NCBI GenBank assembly: GCA_026397155.1
Contig: JAPLVJ010000041.1
Span: forward strand, 1 to 33,027
Direction of reading: 5' to 3'
Source: Candidatus Berkelbacteria bacterium
GTDB lineage: Bacteria > Patescibacteriota > UBA1384 > JAPLVJ01
Length of the DNA: 33,027 nucleotides
Of this stretch, positions 17,662 through 25,948 are shown one piece after another (position 1 is the stretch's first letter; each line of letters opens with the position of its first letter). The notes under the pieces were generated by a model. That model made no database searches. It had not been told where the DNA came from and saw nothing but the letters and a program-made list of their open reading frames with translations. The position numbers were made by a program, and so were the translations under genes.

Positions 17662-19275
17662 CTACACACTCGGCTCTCTTATATTATAAAGCGTCTGGCT
17701 TAAAGAACCGGTAATATAGAAAATACTGGCTACAAAACCCTCCAAAGTCACTTCTTCACTAGAAACATACCAAGACGGAGAACTAAAAGGGCAATGAACA
17801 AAACGGGAGGCCCAATCAATTTCTTTACCTAGAGCAACTGAGTAAACAAAATATCGATTAAACAAATCCTGCTCGGTAACAAGGATTCTGACTGGCCTTT
17901 TATCAGAAAGATATTTTGCAAAAGAAAGCCAAGCGGCCAGAGCTCTTTTTCCTTCTGTGGTTCTTTTGGGCACAAAAGAAGCTGCCTTAATTATCAAAAT
18001 TGAAGCAAATACCAAACCAAAGGAAGCAAATAGAATAAATGGAGGACCCGAACTTATTTTTATGCCGATTACGGCGATTAAAATACCACAAAGGAAAAAT
18101 AAAATCCCAATCATTCGATACCTTAAGATAGCCAGAAACGGATTTCTAATAAAATAATTTCTTTTTTGCGCTTCTTGATATAAAAATTGATAAAATTTCG
18201 AAATTTTTGGGCTATAAAACTGCTGAACTGCGCGTGACTCTAATTCAAATTCAGTTCTTTTGATCTTAACTTCGCCTTGTTGTGTAAATAATTTATCATA
18301 AAGATAGGCTTCAAAAGGACGAAGGGTGTCTTTGGCTTGCCCTGGTCTTTTGCCTAAAATATACTCTTCCCGTTTTTTGACAATATATAAAAATCCGCGC
18401 TGGGCTAAATCAATTACAGTTGCGGCAATTTCCCGCTGAGCGGCTCTTTGTCTTAAAAGTAAACCAACAAGTGCTGGCGGTACATTTTCTGGAGGCTTAT
18501 TTAGATAGGTCAAAGGAATTGATTTTATTTCTCTTTTTTGTCTCCAAACCATGTAAAAATAAACCAAAAAGCCCAAAACAGCCAAGACAATAGCAACTTC
18601 TAGCCAGAATTTTAGCCCCAGTGACTGAACTGAATATAAAAGTTTCTTTAATGGTGGATATTTAATAATGCCCTTAGGCCATTCAGCTTGAATGGTAAAG
18701 GTGGCAAGTGGAGATATTGTTGATCCAGAATATTCTAAAGTCTTTTCGTCTTTAACTGAAGATTTGTTGCTCCCGACCCCATGGATAGCATACACCCTTT
18801 GCTTGATCTGATTTTTGTCAGTTTCTAAAGGGAGGTGTACTGCTACCTGAAACTGATTAATAAAAACATCCGGCTCCAAAATTAGAATCATAGAAAGGCG
18901 ATCTAGATTTGAAAAAGGCTTTAAGTTTCCGTCGGCACGGTACGTTATGGTCCATCTTTGGCTCGCATTTTCATCTTTGGCTTGAATAATTAATTTCCCT
19001 TTATCTTTCTTAATGCTGTAATTTTTTTGGCTAACCTCAATCCCGTTGTTGAAAATCTTTAAATTAGAGATTGTCTCATCTTTTGACCAAATAAAATCTT
19101 GCGTTGGTACTGAAGTTTTAAATTCTTCTATTACTTCAACATTGCCACTCTGGCTAATTTGGATATCAATATCAAGATTATCAACCTCGTATAGCGGAAC
19201 AGATGGAAAACTTTGAGCCAAAACTAAGGAAGGCCAAAAAAGAATTAACATGGAAAATATTTTTAAAAACCTCAT
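17662..19275 (-). CDS. DUF2207-like membrane protein
   Basis: 537 aa. The architecture is a signal peptide (LILFWPSLVLAQS), an extracytoplasmic domain of about 200 aa, a TM helix, a cytoplasmic segment, two further TM helices and a C-terminal tail. This matches DUF2207 as I remember it. The family call is unverified. Confidence 0.6.
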   Translation of the reverse strand: MRFLKIFSMLILFWPSLVLAQSFPSVPLYEVDNLDIDIQISQSGNVEVIEEFKTSVPTQDFIWSKDETISNLKIFNNGIEVSQKNYSIKKDKGKLIIQAKDENASQRWTITYRADGNLKPFSNLDRLSMILILEPDVFINQFQVAVHLPLETDKNQIKQRVYAIHGVGSNKSSVKDEKTLEYSGSTISPLATFTIQAEWPKGIIKYPPLKKLLYSVQSLGLKFWLEVAIVLAVLGFLVYFYMVWRQKREIKSIPLTYLNKPPENVPPALVGLLLRQRAAQREIAATVIDLAQRGFLYIVKKREEYILGKRPGQAKDTLRPFEAYLYDKLFTQQGEVKIKRTEFELESRAVQQFYSPKISKFYQFLYQEAQKRNYFIRNPFLAILRYRMIGILFFLCGILIAVIGIKISSGPPFILFASFGLVFASILIIKAASFVPKRTTEGKRALAAWLSFAKYLSDKRPVRILVTEQDLFNRYFVYSVALGKEIDWASRFVHCPFSSPSWYVSSEEVTLEGFVASIFYITGSLSQTLYNIREPSV

Positions 19276-20207
19276 TTTGCAAACTCCGAAATAAGCAAAT
19301 CCAAAGCAAGATAGGGCTTTAAAGTTCCTCTTTTAATATGTAGATCTGTTTCTACTAATTTGCCGTGGATTAACTTTAACTGATCCAAAGAAAAGTTTTG
19401 AACCTGTCTTTTTGCTTTTTCTAAAACAAAAGGATGAAGCCCGGCTTGCGACAAGGGTTTTTTATTTTCAATTAAGTCCCTTAAAATAATCAGATTTCTA
19501 AACTGATAAGCAATCATGGATAAAATGTAACTTTCATTTTCGCCTGAAGATAAAAGTTCTGAAAGAAGCGAGTAGGCCTTTTTGATATCGCGATGACCAA
19601 GACTATCAATAAGGACAAAGATATTTGGATCAACTTCTTCTTTAACAAGCTCTTTAACATCCTCCTTTTCGATTGTCTGACCGTTCCGATAAGCAATCAG
19701 CTTGTCAATTTCTAAAGATAAACGCCAAAGATCAGGACCGGTTATTTGAGTTAAGAGACAGATAGCTTCTGGCTGAATTCTACCTTCTCGTTTTTGAACT
19801 TCTTTTTCCACCCAATCATTTAGCTTCTGTGACGAAAGCAAGGGAAAATGATCTATCTTTTTGGCTAATCTTAGTTTCCTAAAAATCCCTAAAGATTTAT
19901 CAACTTCCCCTTCTTCACGAAAGATAACAATGGCAAATTCTGGAACAGTACTTAATATTTCAGCCACTTTTTCTTTAACCTCTTTCTGACCTTGTGTTAA
20001 AAGATTACTGACAACAATAAGGCGTTTCGGAGCCAAAAATGGGACCAGGCAAATTGCTCTTTTTATTTTTTCTAAAGTTAAATTTACTCCCTCCAAATTT
20101 GTGATATTAATATCACCCATATTGGCATCAAAAAAGCGCGACTTTATTTCTTTTAATTTTCGACGCGACGAGAAGGTATCTTCTCCATATAAAAGATAGA
20201 CCGGCAT
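19272..20207 (-). CDS. holA: DNA polymerase III subunit delta
   Basis: 311 aa. The N-terminus (PVYLLYGEDTFSSRRKL) and length are typical of HolA. It lies adjacent to polA. Confidence 0.8.
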   Translation of the reverse strand: MPVYLLYGEDTFSSRRKLKEIKSRFFDANMGDINITNLEGVNLTLEKIKRAICLVPFLAPKRLIVVSNLLTQGQKEVKEKVAEILSTVPEFAIVIFREEGEVDKSLGIFRKLRLAKKIDHFPLLSSQKLNDWVEKEVQKREGRIQPEAICLLTQITGPDLWRLSLEIDKLIAYRNGQTIEKEDVKELVKEEVDPNIFVLIDSLGHRDIKKAYSLLSELLSSGENESYILSMIAYQFRNLIILRDLIENKKPLSQAGLHPFVLEKAKRQVQNFSLDQLKLIHGKLVETDLHIKRGTLKPYLALDLLISEFAK

Positions 20208-20219
20208 ATTGCCCCGCTT

Positions 20220-22310
20220 TTATTTTAACACGAGTGGTTTCATTTCGCCCCAACTGTTTCCCTCACTAATTCCCACAACCAGAGGAACTTCCAGCTTGTA
20301 AATATTCTCCATTGAATCTTTAATAATTTTGGCTACTTTTCTAACCTTCTTGTCGGGGATCTCAAAAACTAATTCATCATGAACTGTTAATATTAATTTA
20401 GAGTGTAGGGATTTGACCTCGGAGCACACTTTAACCATTGCCAGTTTTAAAATATCCGCGCTACCGCCCTGACAAGGAAAGTTAACAGCCATTCTTTCTG
20501 CACTGGCTCTGGTATTTGGAATTGGTGAATTAATTTCTGGCAAATATCTTCGGCGACCAAGCAAGGTTTCCAAATAACCCTCCTTTCTTGCACCTTCGAT
20601 ACAGTTTTGGATATAAATTCTTAAATCAGGGTAAAGATCAAAAAAACGCTTAATATAATCATGAGCCACTTGATGAGATACACCCAAAGTTCCAGATAAA
20701 CCATAAGCCGACATGCCGTAAATAATGCCAAAATTAATCACCTTAGCAACTCTTCGATTAACTTTAAGCGCTCTGGCTACGGCATCATGAATATCCATAC
20801 CCTTTTTAAAAGCAAATATTAATCGCGGCTCTTTTGAAAGATGAGCAATCACCCTTAACTCAATTTGAGAATAATCAGCTGAGACTAGTTTAAATCCTTT
20901 GGGGGCAATGAATGCCTTTCTAATACAGTTTCCTAAGTCAGTTCTAATTGGAATATTCTGGAGATTTGGGTTTTTTGAGGCAAGACGACCGGTTTGAGTG
21001 TCTTGAGTATAGGTCGTGTGAATTCTTGATTTTTTATCAGCCATTTTAGGCAAAGTATCCAAATAGGTACTTTTAAGCTTAGAAAGTTCGCGGTACTTAA
21101 TAATTAAATCAATTACCGGATGAGTACCTTTTAGTTTTAACAACTCAGGTGCGGCTGTTGATATTCCAGTTTTAGTTCTTTTTATCCCATTTATTCTTAA
21201 CGCCAAACGAACAAATAGAATCTGTGAAAGTTGTTTTGGTGAATCTAGATTAAATTCGCCACCGGTTTTTTTAAAGATTTGGGATTTGAGTTTTAAGATC
21301 TGACTGTTGATATCCTTTGAAAGTTTGTTTAAATATAAAGTATTAATCTGCACCCCAGTCGTCTCCATCTCGCGCAAAATGGGCTCTAAGCTCCGATCAA
21401 TTTTATCTGCTTCACTTTTAATCTCAGCTTCAAAAAGAGCACTCTGAACAGATTTTGTTTGTGGCAATCTTGAAACTAAACTTTTGAAATCCAACTTGTA
21501 GAAAAGTTCGGCCACTTTTTGTGGATCATAATCTGCCAGGCGGCATTTTTCTAAATTGAATTTAATTGGGACTTTTTCAACAAGTACGACTAGTTTTCTA
21601 CTAAGGAAAGCATCTTTCTTTCCTTTCTCTAAAAGGCGTCTAACTTTTTCCGGATGCTCGTCGATCTTTTGATATATCCTCTCCAGGGTTTTATATTTTT
21701 TAATTAATTCTGCAGCCGTCCTCTCTCCAATCCCTTTTACTCCAGGAATATTGTCTGAAGCATCCCCAGCTAACCCTTTATAATCTGCTATGTTTTCAGC
21801 TGAAAATCCATATCTTTTTTTGACTGCTTCTTGATCATAAACAACAATATCTGTTAATCCGCGCTTCATGGCGTGAACTTTTGTATTTTCGTTGACTAGC
21901 TGTAAAGCATCCAGATCGCCCGTAATAATAATGTTCTGAATTTTTTTATTCCTAAGTGAAGCAATAACATCATCTGCCTCATAACCTTCAGCTTCATAGA
22001 TTGGGATTGAAAAAGCATTCAAAACTTCTTTAACTATTGGGAATTGAGAATAAAGCTCTTCGCCTTTCTTAACCCGTTTTGCTTTGTATTCCTTAAATTC
22101 TTTGTGACGAAAAGTTGGCGTTGGACAATCAAACGCAGCTGCTATATAGTCTGGCTTAATCCCGTCAATTATTTTTAGCAATATCAAACAAAAACCATAA
22201 ACAGCATTGACTAGCTGACCACTCCTGGTTGTTAGCGGAGGCAAAGCATGAAAAGCACGATGCACTATCGCGCTAGTATCAATTAAAACAAAGGTTTCTT
22301 TTTGGGACAT
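20220..22310 (-). CDS. polA: DNA polymerase I, 5'-3' exonuclease plus polymerase domains only
   Basis: 696 aa. The 5' nuclease domain shows GDASDNIPGVKGIGERTA. Polymerase motifs A (DYSQIELRV), B (RRVAKVINFGIIYG) and C (VHDELVFE) are present. Only about 30 aa link the two domains. Confidence 0.93.
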   Translation of the reverse strand: MSQKETFVLIDTSAIVHRAFHALPPLTTRSGQLVNAVYGFCLILLKIIDGIKPDYIAAAFDCPTPTFRHKEFKEYKAKRVKKGEELYSQFPIVKEVLNAFSIPIYEAEGYEADDVIASLRNKKIQNIIITGDLDALQLVNENTKVHAMKRGLTDIVVYDQEAVKKRYGFSAENIADYKGLAGDASDNIPGVKGIGERTAAELIKKYKTLERIYQKIDEHPEKVRRLLEKGKKDAFLSRKLVVLVEKVPIKFNLEKCRLADYDPQKVAELFYKLDFKSLVSRLPQTKSVQSALFEAEIKSEADKIDRSLEPILREMETTGVQINTLYLNKLSKDINSQILKLKSQIFKKTGGEFNLDSPKQLSQILFVRLALRINGIKRTKTGISTAAPELLKLKGTHPVIDLIIKYRELSKLKSTYLDTLPKMADKKSRIHTTYTQDTQTGRLASKNPNLQNIPIRTDLGNCIRKAFIAPKGFKLVSADYSQIELRVIAHLSKEPRLIFAFKKGMDIHDAVARALKVNRRVAKVINFGIIYGMSAYGLSGTLGVSHQVAHDYIKRFFDLYPDLRIYIQNCIEGARKEGYLETLLGRRRYLPEINSPIPNTRASAERMAVNFPCQGGSADILKLAMVKVCSEVKSLHSKLILTVHDELVFEIPDKKVRKVAKIIKDSMENIYKLEVPLVVGISEGNSWGEMKPLVLK

Positions 22311-22354
22311 TTTAACCCATTATAGTTCATTGTGAGTTCAATTAAAAGAAACGA

Positions 22355-23665
22355 TTATCTTGTTTGTCTTAAAAGTTGCCTTGTTACCTCTCGGTCATCC
22401 CAGGGTATATGTTTTGCGCCAACCACAATTGCCTGTTCGGCTCCTTTGCCCGTAATTAGCACTATGTCATTTTTTTTAGCTAATTCAATTGCTTTCTGGA
22501 TTGCTTCTCTTCGATCAAAAATTTTCCAGAAATTGACCCCCTCTTTCTTGCCTTCTTTATTTTTAGCCCTACCCCTTGGCACACCTCTGGCAATTTCTCC
22601 AATAATTTTTTGCGGATTTTCGGTATATGGATCTTCGTTAGTCAAAATAATATAATCGGCATATCTTCCAGCTAAGGCACCCATGATTGGTCTTTTAGTT
22701 TTGTCTCGATCTCCGCAAGCACCAAAAACATGAATTAAATTGCCCTTTTTGATTGGAATCAAGGTTTCATAAATTTTTTGCATTGCATCGGGTGTATGAG
22801 CATAGTCGATTAATACAGTAAAATTTTGCCCACTTTCAATTTTTTCCATCCGACCAGCCACTCCCTTAATTTTTTCTAAACCATTTTTTATTGTTTTTAT
22901 GTCTATGCCACAAGATAAAGCAGTAGCGGCAGCAGCCAAAGCATTGTGGATATTAAATCGTCCAGGTAATTTCAACTGAACCAACATTTTCCCTTTAGGC
23001 GTGGTTACAATAAAGTCTGTCCCGTCTGGCTTGTAAAAAATATTCTGGGCAGAAACATCTCCTCCCATAATTCCGTAGCTTAATTTGACATCAGCGTCAA
23101 ACTCGGAAAAATATGAAAAATTCGGATCGTCTCGGTTAACTATTGAAGCTTTAAGGGTGTTTGGTTTTCTTAAGGATTTTTCTAAATTAGCAAAAAGCTG
23201 CCCCTTAACTTTTTTATATTCTGAAAAACTATGATGATAATCTAAGTGTTCGTGAGTCAAATTAGTAAAAACCATTACGTCATAAGGAATGCCCCAAATT
23301 CTGTTTTGTATTACAGCATGAGAGGTGGTTTCAATAACACAATATGTGCATTTTTCCTTGACAGCACGGTAAATAAACCTCTGGAGCGCAAAAGGAGAAA
23401 GCGTAGTCATTTTGGCTTTATTGACCTCACGTTTCTCACCAATCTGAAAATCTATTGTTGTTGCCATGGCCACTTTAAAACCAGCTTCTTGCAAAATCGA
23501 TGTGATTAAATGACAAGTGGTTGTCTTACCATTGGTTCCTGTTACTCCAATAACTCTAATGTTTCGAGCTGGAAAATTATATAACAAACAAGCAACGACC
23601 GCTCTAATTTTGTGAGATGCCAATATCCATGAGTTAGGTAATATTTTTCTTAATAAATTTTTCAC
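22355..23665 (-). CDS. murE: Mur ligase family protein, MurE-like (UDP-MurNAc-tripeptide synthetase) with N-terminal domain missing
   Basis: 436 aa with GVTGTNGKTTT, ETTSHAVIQNRIWG, FTNLTHEHLDYH, DYAHTPDA, GACGDRDKTKRP and ITGKGAEQ. The P-loop starts at about residue 42, versus about 110 in E. coli MurE. Confidence 0.75.
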   Translation of the reverse strand: MKNLLRKILPNSWILASHKIRAVVACLLYNFPARNIRVIGVTGTNGKTTTCHLITSILQEAGFKVAMATTIDFQIGEKREVNKAKMTTLSPFALQRFIYRAVKEKCTYCVIETTSHAVIQNRIWGIPYDVMVFTNLTHEHLDYHHSFSEYKKVKGQLFANLEKSLRKPNTLKASIVNRDDPNFSYFSEFDADVKLSYGIMGGDVSAQNIFYKPDGTDFIVTTPKGKMLVQLKLPGRFNIHNALAAAATALSCGIDIKTIKNGLEKIKGVAGRMEKIESGQNFTVLIDYAHTPDAMQKIYETLIPIKKGNLIHVFGACGDRDKTKRPIMGALAGRYADYIILTNEDPYTENPQKIIGEIARGVPRGRAKNKEGKKEGVNFWKIFDRREAIQKAIELAKKNDIVLITGKGAEQAIVVGAKHIPWDDREVTRQLLRQTR

Positions 23666-23669
23666 TATC

Positions 23670-24719
23670 CTATCCTTCCCTTCTCCTTACCCTTTCCGCC
23701 AGTTTAAACAAACGATACCAAGAAGATTTATATACTAAATCATAAGCGCCCGGAAAGTCAACCTGGTTTTTGCCAAATTTCATCTTAAATTCTCTTAAAC
23801 CCGACCAGTGATGCGATTCTTCTGAAGGTGCGATTGCTCCAAAATCATAAATTTTAAAACCTTCTTGTTTTGATTTTTTGATCGCCTCCCAGTGAGCTAG
23901 ATACACGGCCATAGTGTTACGCGATTCTGATGAACTTGCACCATAAAGATAAGTTGCATATTCTCCAAAATAAGTAATCAAAAGAGCAACTAATGGCTTT
24001 TGTCCTAAATAGGCAATAAATAATTTTGCTTGGTTGTTCTTAAAAAATACTTCAAAGAATTTTTTAAAGTAAGATCTTGGTCTCTCTGAAAATCTATCTC
24101 TTCCTGCAGTTTCTAAAAACAAGGCATAAAAGACATCTAACATTTTCATGTCGTTCGTCCCTTGGATATTAACACCCCTTTTCTCAGCGATTCTAATGTT
24201 ATATCTACCTTTATGTTTCATTTCTTTTAAGATTTCTTCTTCGCTTTTTTTTAAGTCAATCCAAAGACGATGATCTGGTTGTACATTTTCAAATGATTTT
24301 TTAAAGTCTAGTTTTTCTAAAATCCCTTGTAATTTGGGATCAAAGGGTTCTATGCGCAAAAATATGGCATTTTCTTCTTTAGCAATCTCTTGCATTTTTG
24401 CAAGTAACAATTTTGTCCCCGATACTTGATTCTTGATACTTGATACCCGCCCAAATACCGGTCCTTCGCCTATATAGATAAAGCTTTTTGAAAAGGGAAG
24501 CCTTCTTACTAATATATTCGCAGCCAGAATCCACTGACTTTTGTCAATTATGGCTAAGCGAATCGGCTTCCATAAAAATTCTTTCTTAAAATCACCCCAT
24601 TCCCAGGATTGCAAAAGCGTCCCATTATTTTGCTTAACAAATTGATTCCATTTTTCTTTTTGATTTTCAGCAATAATAGTGGCTTCCATTTTTTCTCTTT
24701 CTAAGCTACATTGTATCAT
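23670..24719 (-). CDS. FemAB-family peptidoglycan bridge-forming aminoacyltransferase (FemX-like)
   Basis: 349 aa. The overall pattern of a tandem GNAT-like fold fits the FemX/FemAB family (LQSWEWGDFK..., YLYGASS...). The internal ATG at 24689 (MEATII...) has a better purine-rich upstream region and may be the true start. Confidence 0.75.
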   Translation of the reverse strand: MIQCSLEREKMEATIIAENQKEKWNQFVKQNNGTLLQSWEWGDFKKEFLWKPIRLAIIDKSQWILAANILVRRLPFSKSFIYIGEGPVFGRVSSIKNQVSGTKLLLAKMQEIAKEENAIFLRIEPFDPKLQGILEKLDFKKSFENVQPDHRLWIDLKKSEEEILKEMKHKGRYNIRIAEKRGVNIQGTNDMKMLDVFYALFLETAGRDRFSERPRSYFKKFFEVFFKNNQAKLFIAYLGQKPLVALLITYFGEYATYLYGASSSESRNTMAVYLAHWEAIKKSKQEGFKIYDFGAIAPSEESHHWSGLREFKMKFGKNQVDFPGAYDLVYKSSWYRLFKLAERVRRREG

Positions 24720-24731
24720 GAGGCATAAATT

Positions 24732-25943
24732 ATGAAAATTTTGGGGATTGAAACAAGTTGCGACGAAACTGCCGCGGCAATCGTTGAGGTAAAAAATGAT
24801 TGCACGCAGGCGAGTCCGAGAATTAAAATTCTTTCAAATATTGTTTCGTCTCAAATTAAAATCCATCGAAAATACGGCGGAGTGTTTCCAGAACTTGCTT
24901 CAAGGGCACATTTGGAAAATATTATACCAGTTTTAAAAGAAAGTCTAGAGGAATCAAAAACAAAATTAGATGCAATCGATTTAATCGCTGTAACTGTTGG
25001 CCCAGGATTAATTGGTTCACTTTTGGTTGGCGTAAATACGGCTAAAACCATAGCCTATACATTAGAAAAACCAATAATTGGGGTTAATCATTTGGAAGGA
25101 CACGTGTATTCCGCCCCTGGCGGAGAGCGCCAAAAAAACAAAACGTTTATGGCGAGCTTGGAAGCTCAAAGTGGGTCGCAAGCGCATTGGAAGGCCGAAA
25201 GCCGCACCAATAAAGCGCACATCTTTGAGCGACAAGCGAGCCAAGATTTTCAGTTTCCCGCTCTCGTCCTGATAGTCTCTGGCGGACATACCTCCTTGGT
25301 TCTGATGCACAATCACGGAGATTTTAAAATAATCGGCCAAACAAGAGATGATGCAGCTGGCGAGGCATTTGATAAAGTAGCAGCGCTTCTCGGGTTACCA
25401 TACCCCGGAGGACCAGCAATAGAGAGAATTGTCCAAAAAGCTGGTCTAAAATCTCACTTCTCAAGCCTGAAATATAAGCTCCCGCGACCAATGATTGATT
25501 CAAAAGATTTTGATTTTTCATTTTCTGGCTTAAAAACAGCAGTGCTTTATCTAGTAAAACAATTGCCAGACGACCAGATACAAAAAGTTAGACAACAAAT
25601 TGCAGCTGAATTTCAGCAAGCAGTTATTGATGTTCTGATCCAAAAAACTTTGCAAGCCGCAAAAAAATATGACACTAAAACAATAATACTTTGCGGCGGC
25701 GTTTCAGCAAACTCTTTACTGCGCAAAGAATTTGAATTAAAAATTAACTTTGCCCGAAAGGGCAGTGCTGCGAAGGCAGATTTTTATAAATTAAAAATTG
25801 ACTTTTTGGTTCCGCCAAAAAATCTCTGTACTGACAACGCAGCTATGATTGCCATCGCTGGATGTTTTAAGTCCTTGGAAAAGAAGCCAGATAAATGCTA
25901 CAATATCTATGCTGACTCAAATGCAAAATTACTCAGCTGGTAA
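24732..25943 (+). CDS. tsaD: tRNA N6-adenosine threonylcarbamoyltransferase TsaD, carrying a 31-aa in-frame element insertion
   Basis: 403 aa with GIETSCDETAAAIV, HLEGH, SGGHT and CTDNAAMIA. It is about 60 aa longer than typical TsaD, because of GC-rich in-frame patches. Confidence 0.92.
   Translation: MKILGIETSCDETAAAIVEVKNDCTQASPRIKILSNIVSSQIKIHRKYGGVFPELASRAHLENIIPVLKESLEESKTKLDAIDLIAVTVGPGLIGSLLVGVNTAKTIAYTLEKPIIGVNHLEGHVYSAPGGERQKNKTFMASLEAQSGSQAHWKAESRTNKAHIFERQASQDFQFPALVLIVSGGHTSLVLMHNHGDFKIIGQTRDDAAGEAFDKVAALLGLPYPGGPAIERIVQKAGLKSHFSSLKYKLPRPMIDSKDFDFSFSGLKTAVLYLVKQLPDDQIQKVRQQIAAEFQQAVIDVLIQKTLQAAKKYDTKTIILCGGVSANSLLRKEFELKINFARKGSAAKADFYKLKIDFLVPPKNLCTDNAAMIAIAGCFKSLEKKPDKCYNIYADSNAKLLSW
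25150..25242 (+). repeat. 93-nt GC-rich palindromic element, copy 1 (in frame inside tsaD)
   Basis: 90/93 identical to 28083-28175. G+C is 53/93. End-to-end hairpin potential: GGC/GCC, GCTTG/CAAGC, GCTCAAAG/CTTTGAGC, GCGC/GCGC, ATTGG/CCAAT and GGC/GCC around CGAAA. Confidence 0.9.
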
Positions 25944-25948
25944 AGATT

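Noticed and set aside
22332-22655. 107-aa plus-strand ORF
   Set aside because: It is antisense to the well-supported murE-like gene and has no RBS. It is a shadow ORF. The same applies to the plus-strand ORFs over ppsA (3596-5771), recA, ftsK, pnp, nrnA and the DUF2207-like gene, and to the minus-strand ORFs over tsaD, valS and the 952-aa gene.
24690-24731. Replication origin at the minus-to-plus strand switch between femX-like and tsaD
   Set aside because: The spacer is only 12-42 nt, with no DnaA-box cluster or AT-rich unwinding element. The isolated TTATCCA-like words at about 1292 and 29529 are singletons.
25062-25340. Antisense ORF sharing a peptide (RLSLKDVRFIGAAFGLPMRLRPTLSF) with antisense ORF 28064..28300
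   Set aside because: The shared peptide is just the reverse-strand reading of the 93-nt repeat inside tsaD and valS. There is no independent gene, although the open antisense frame is a property of the element worth noting.
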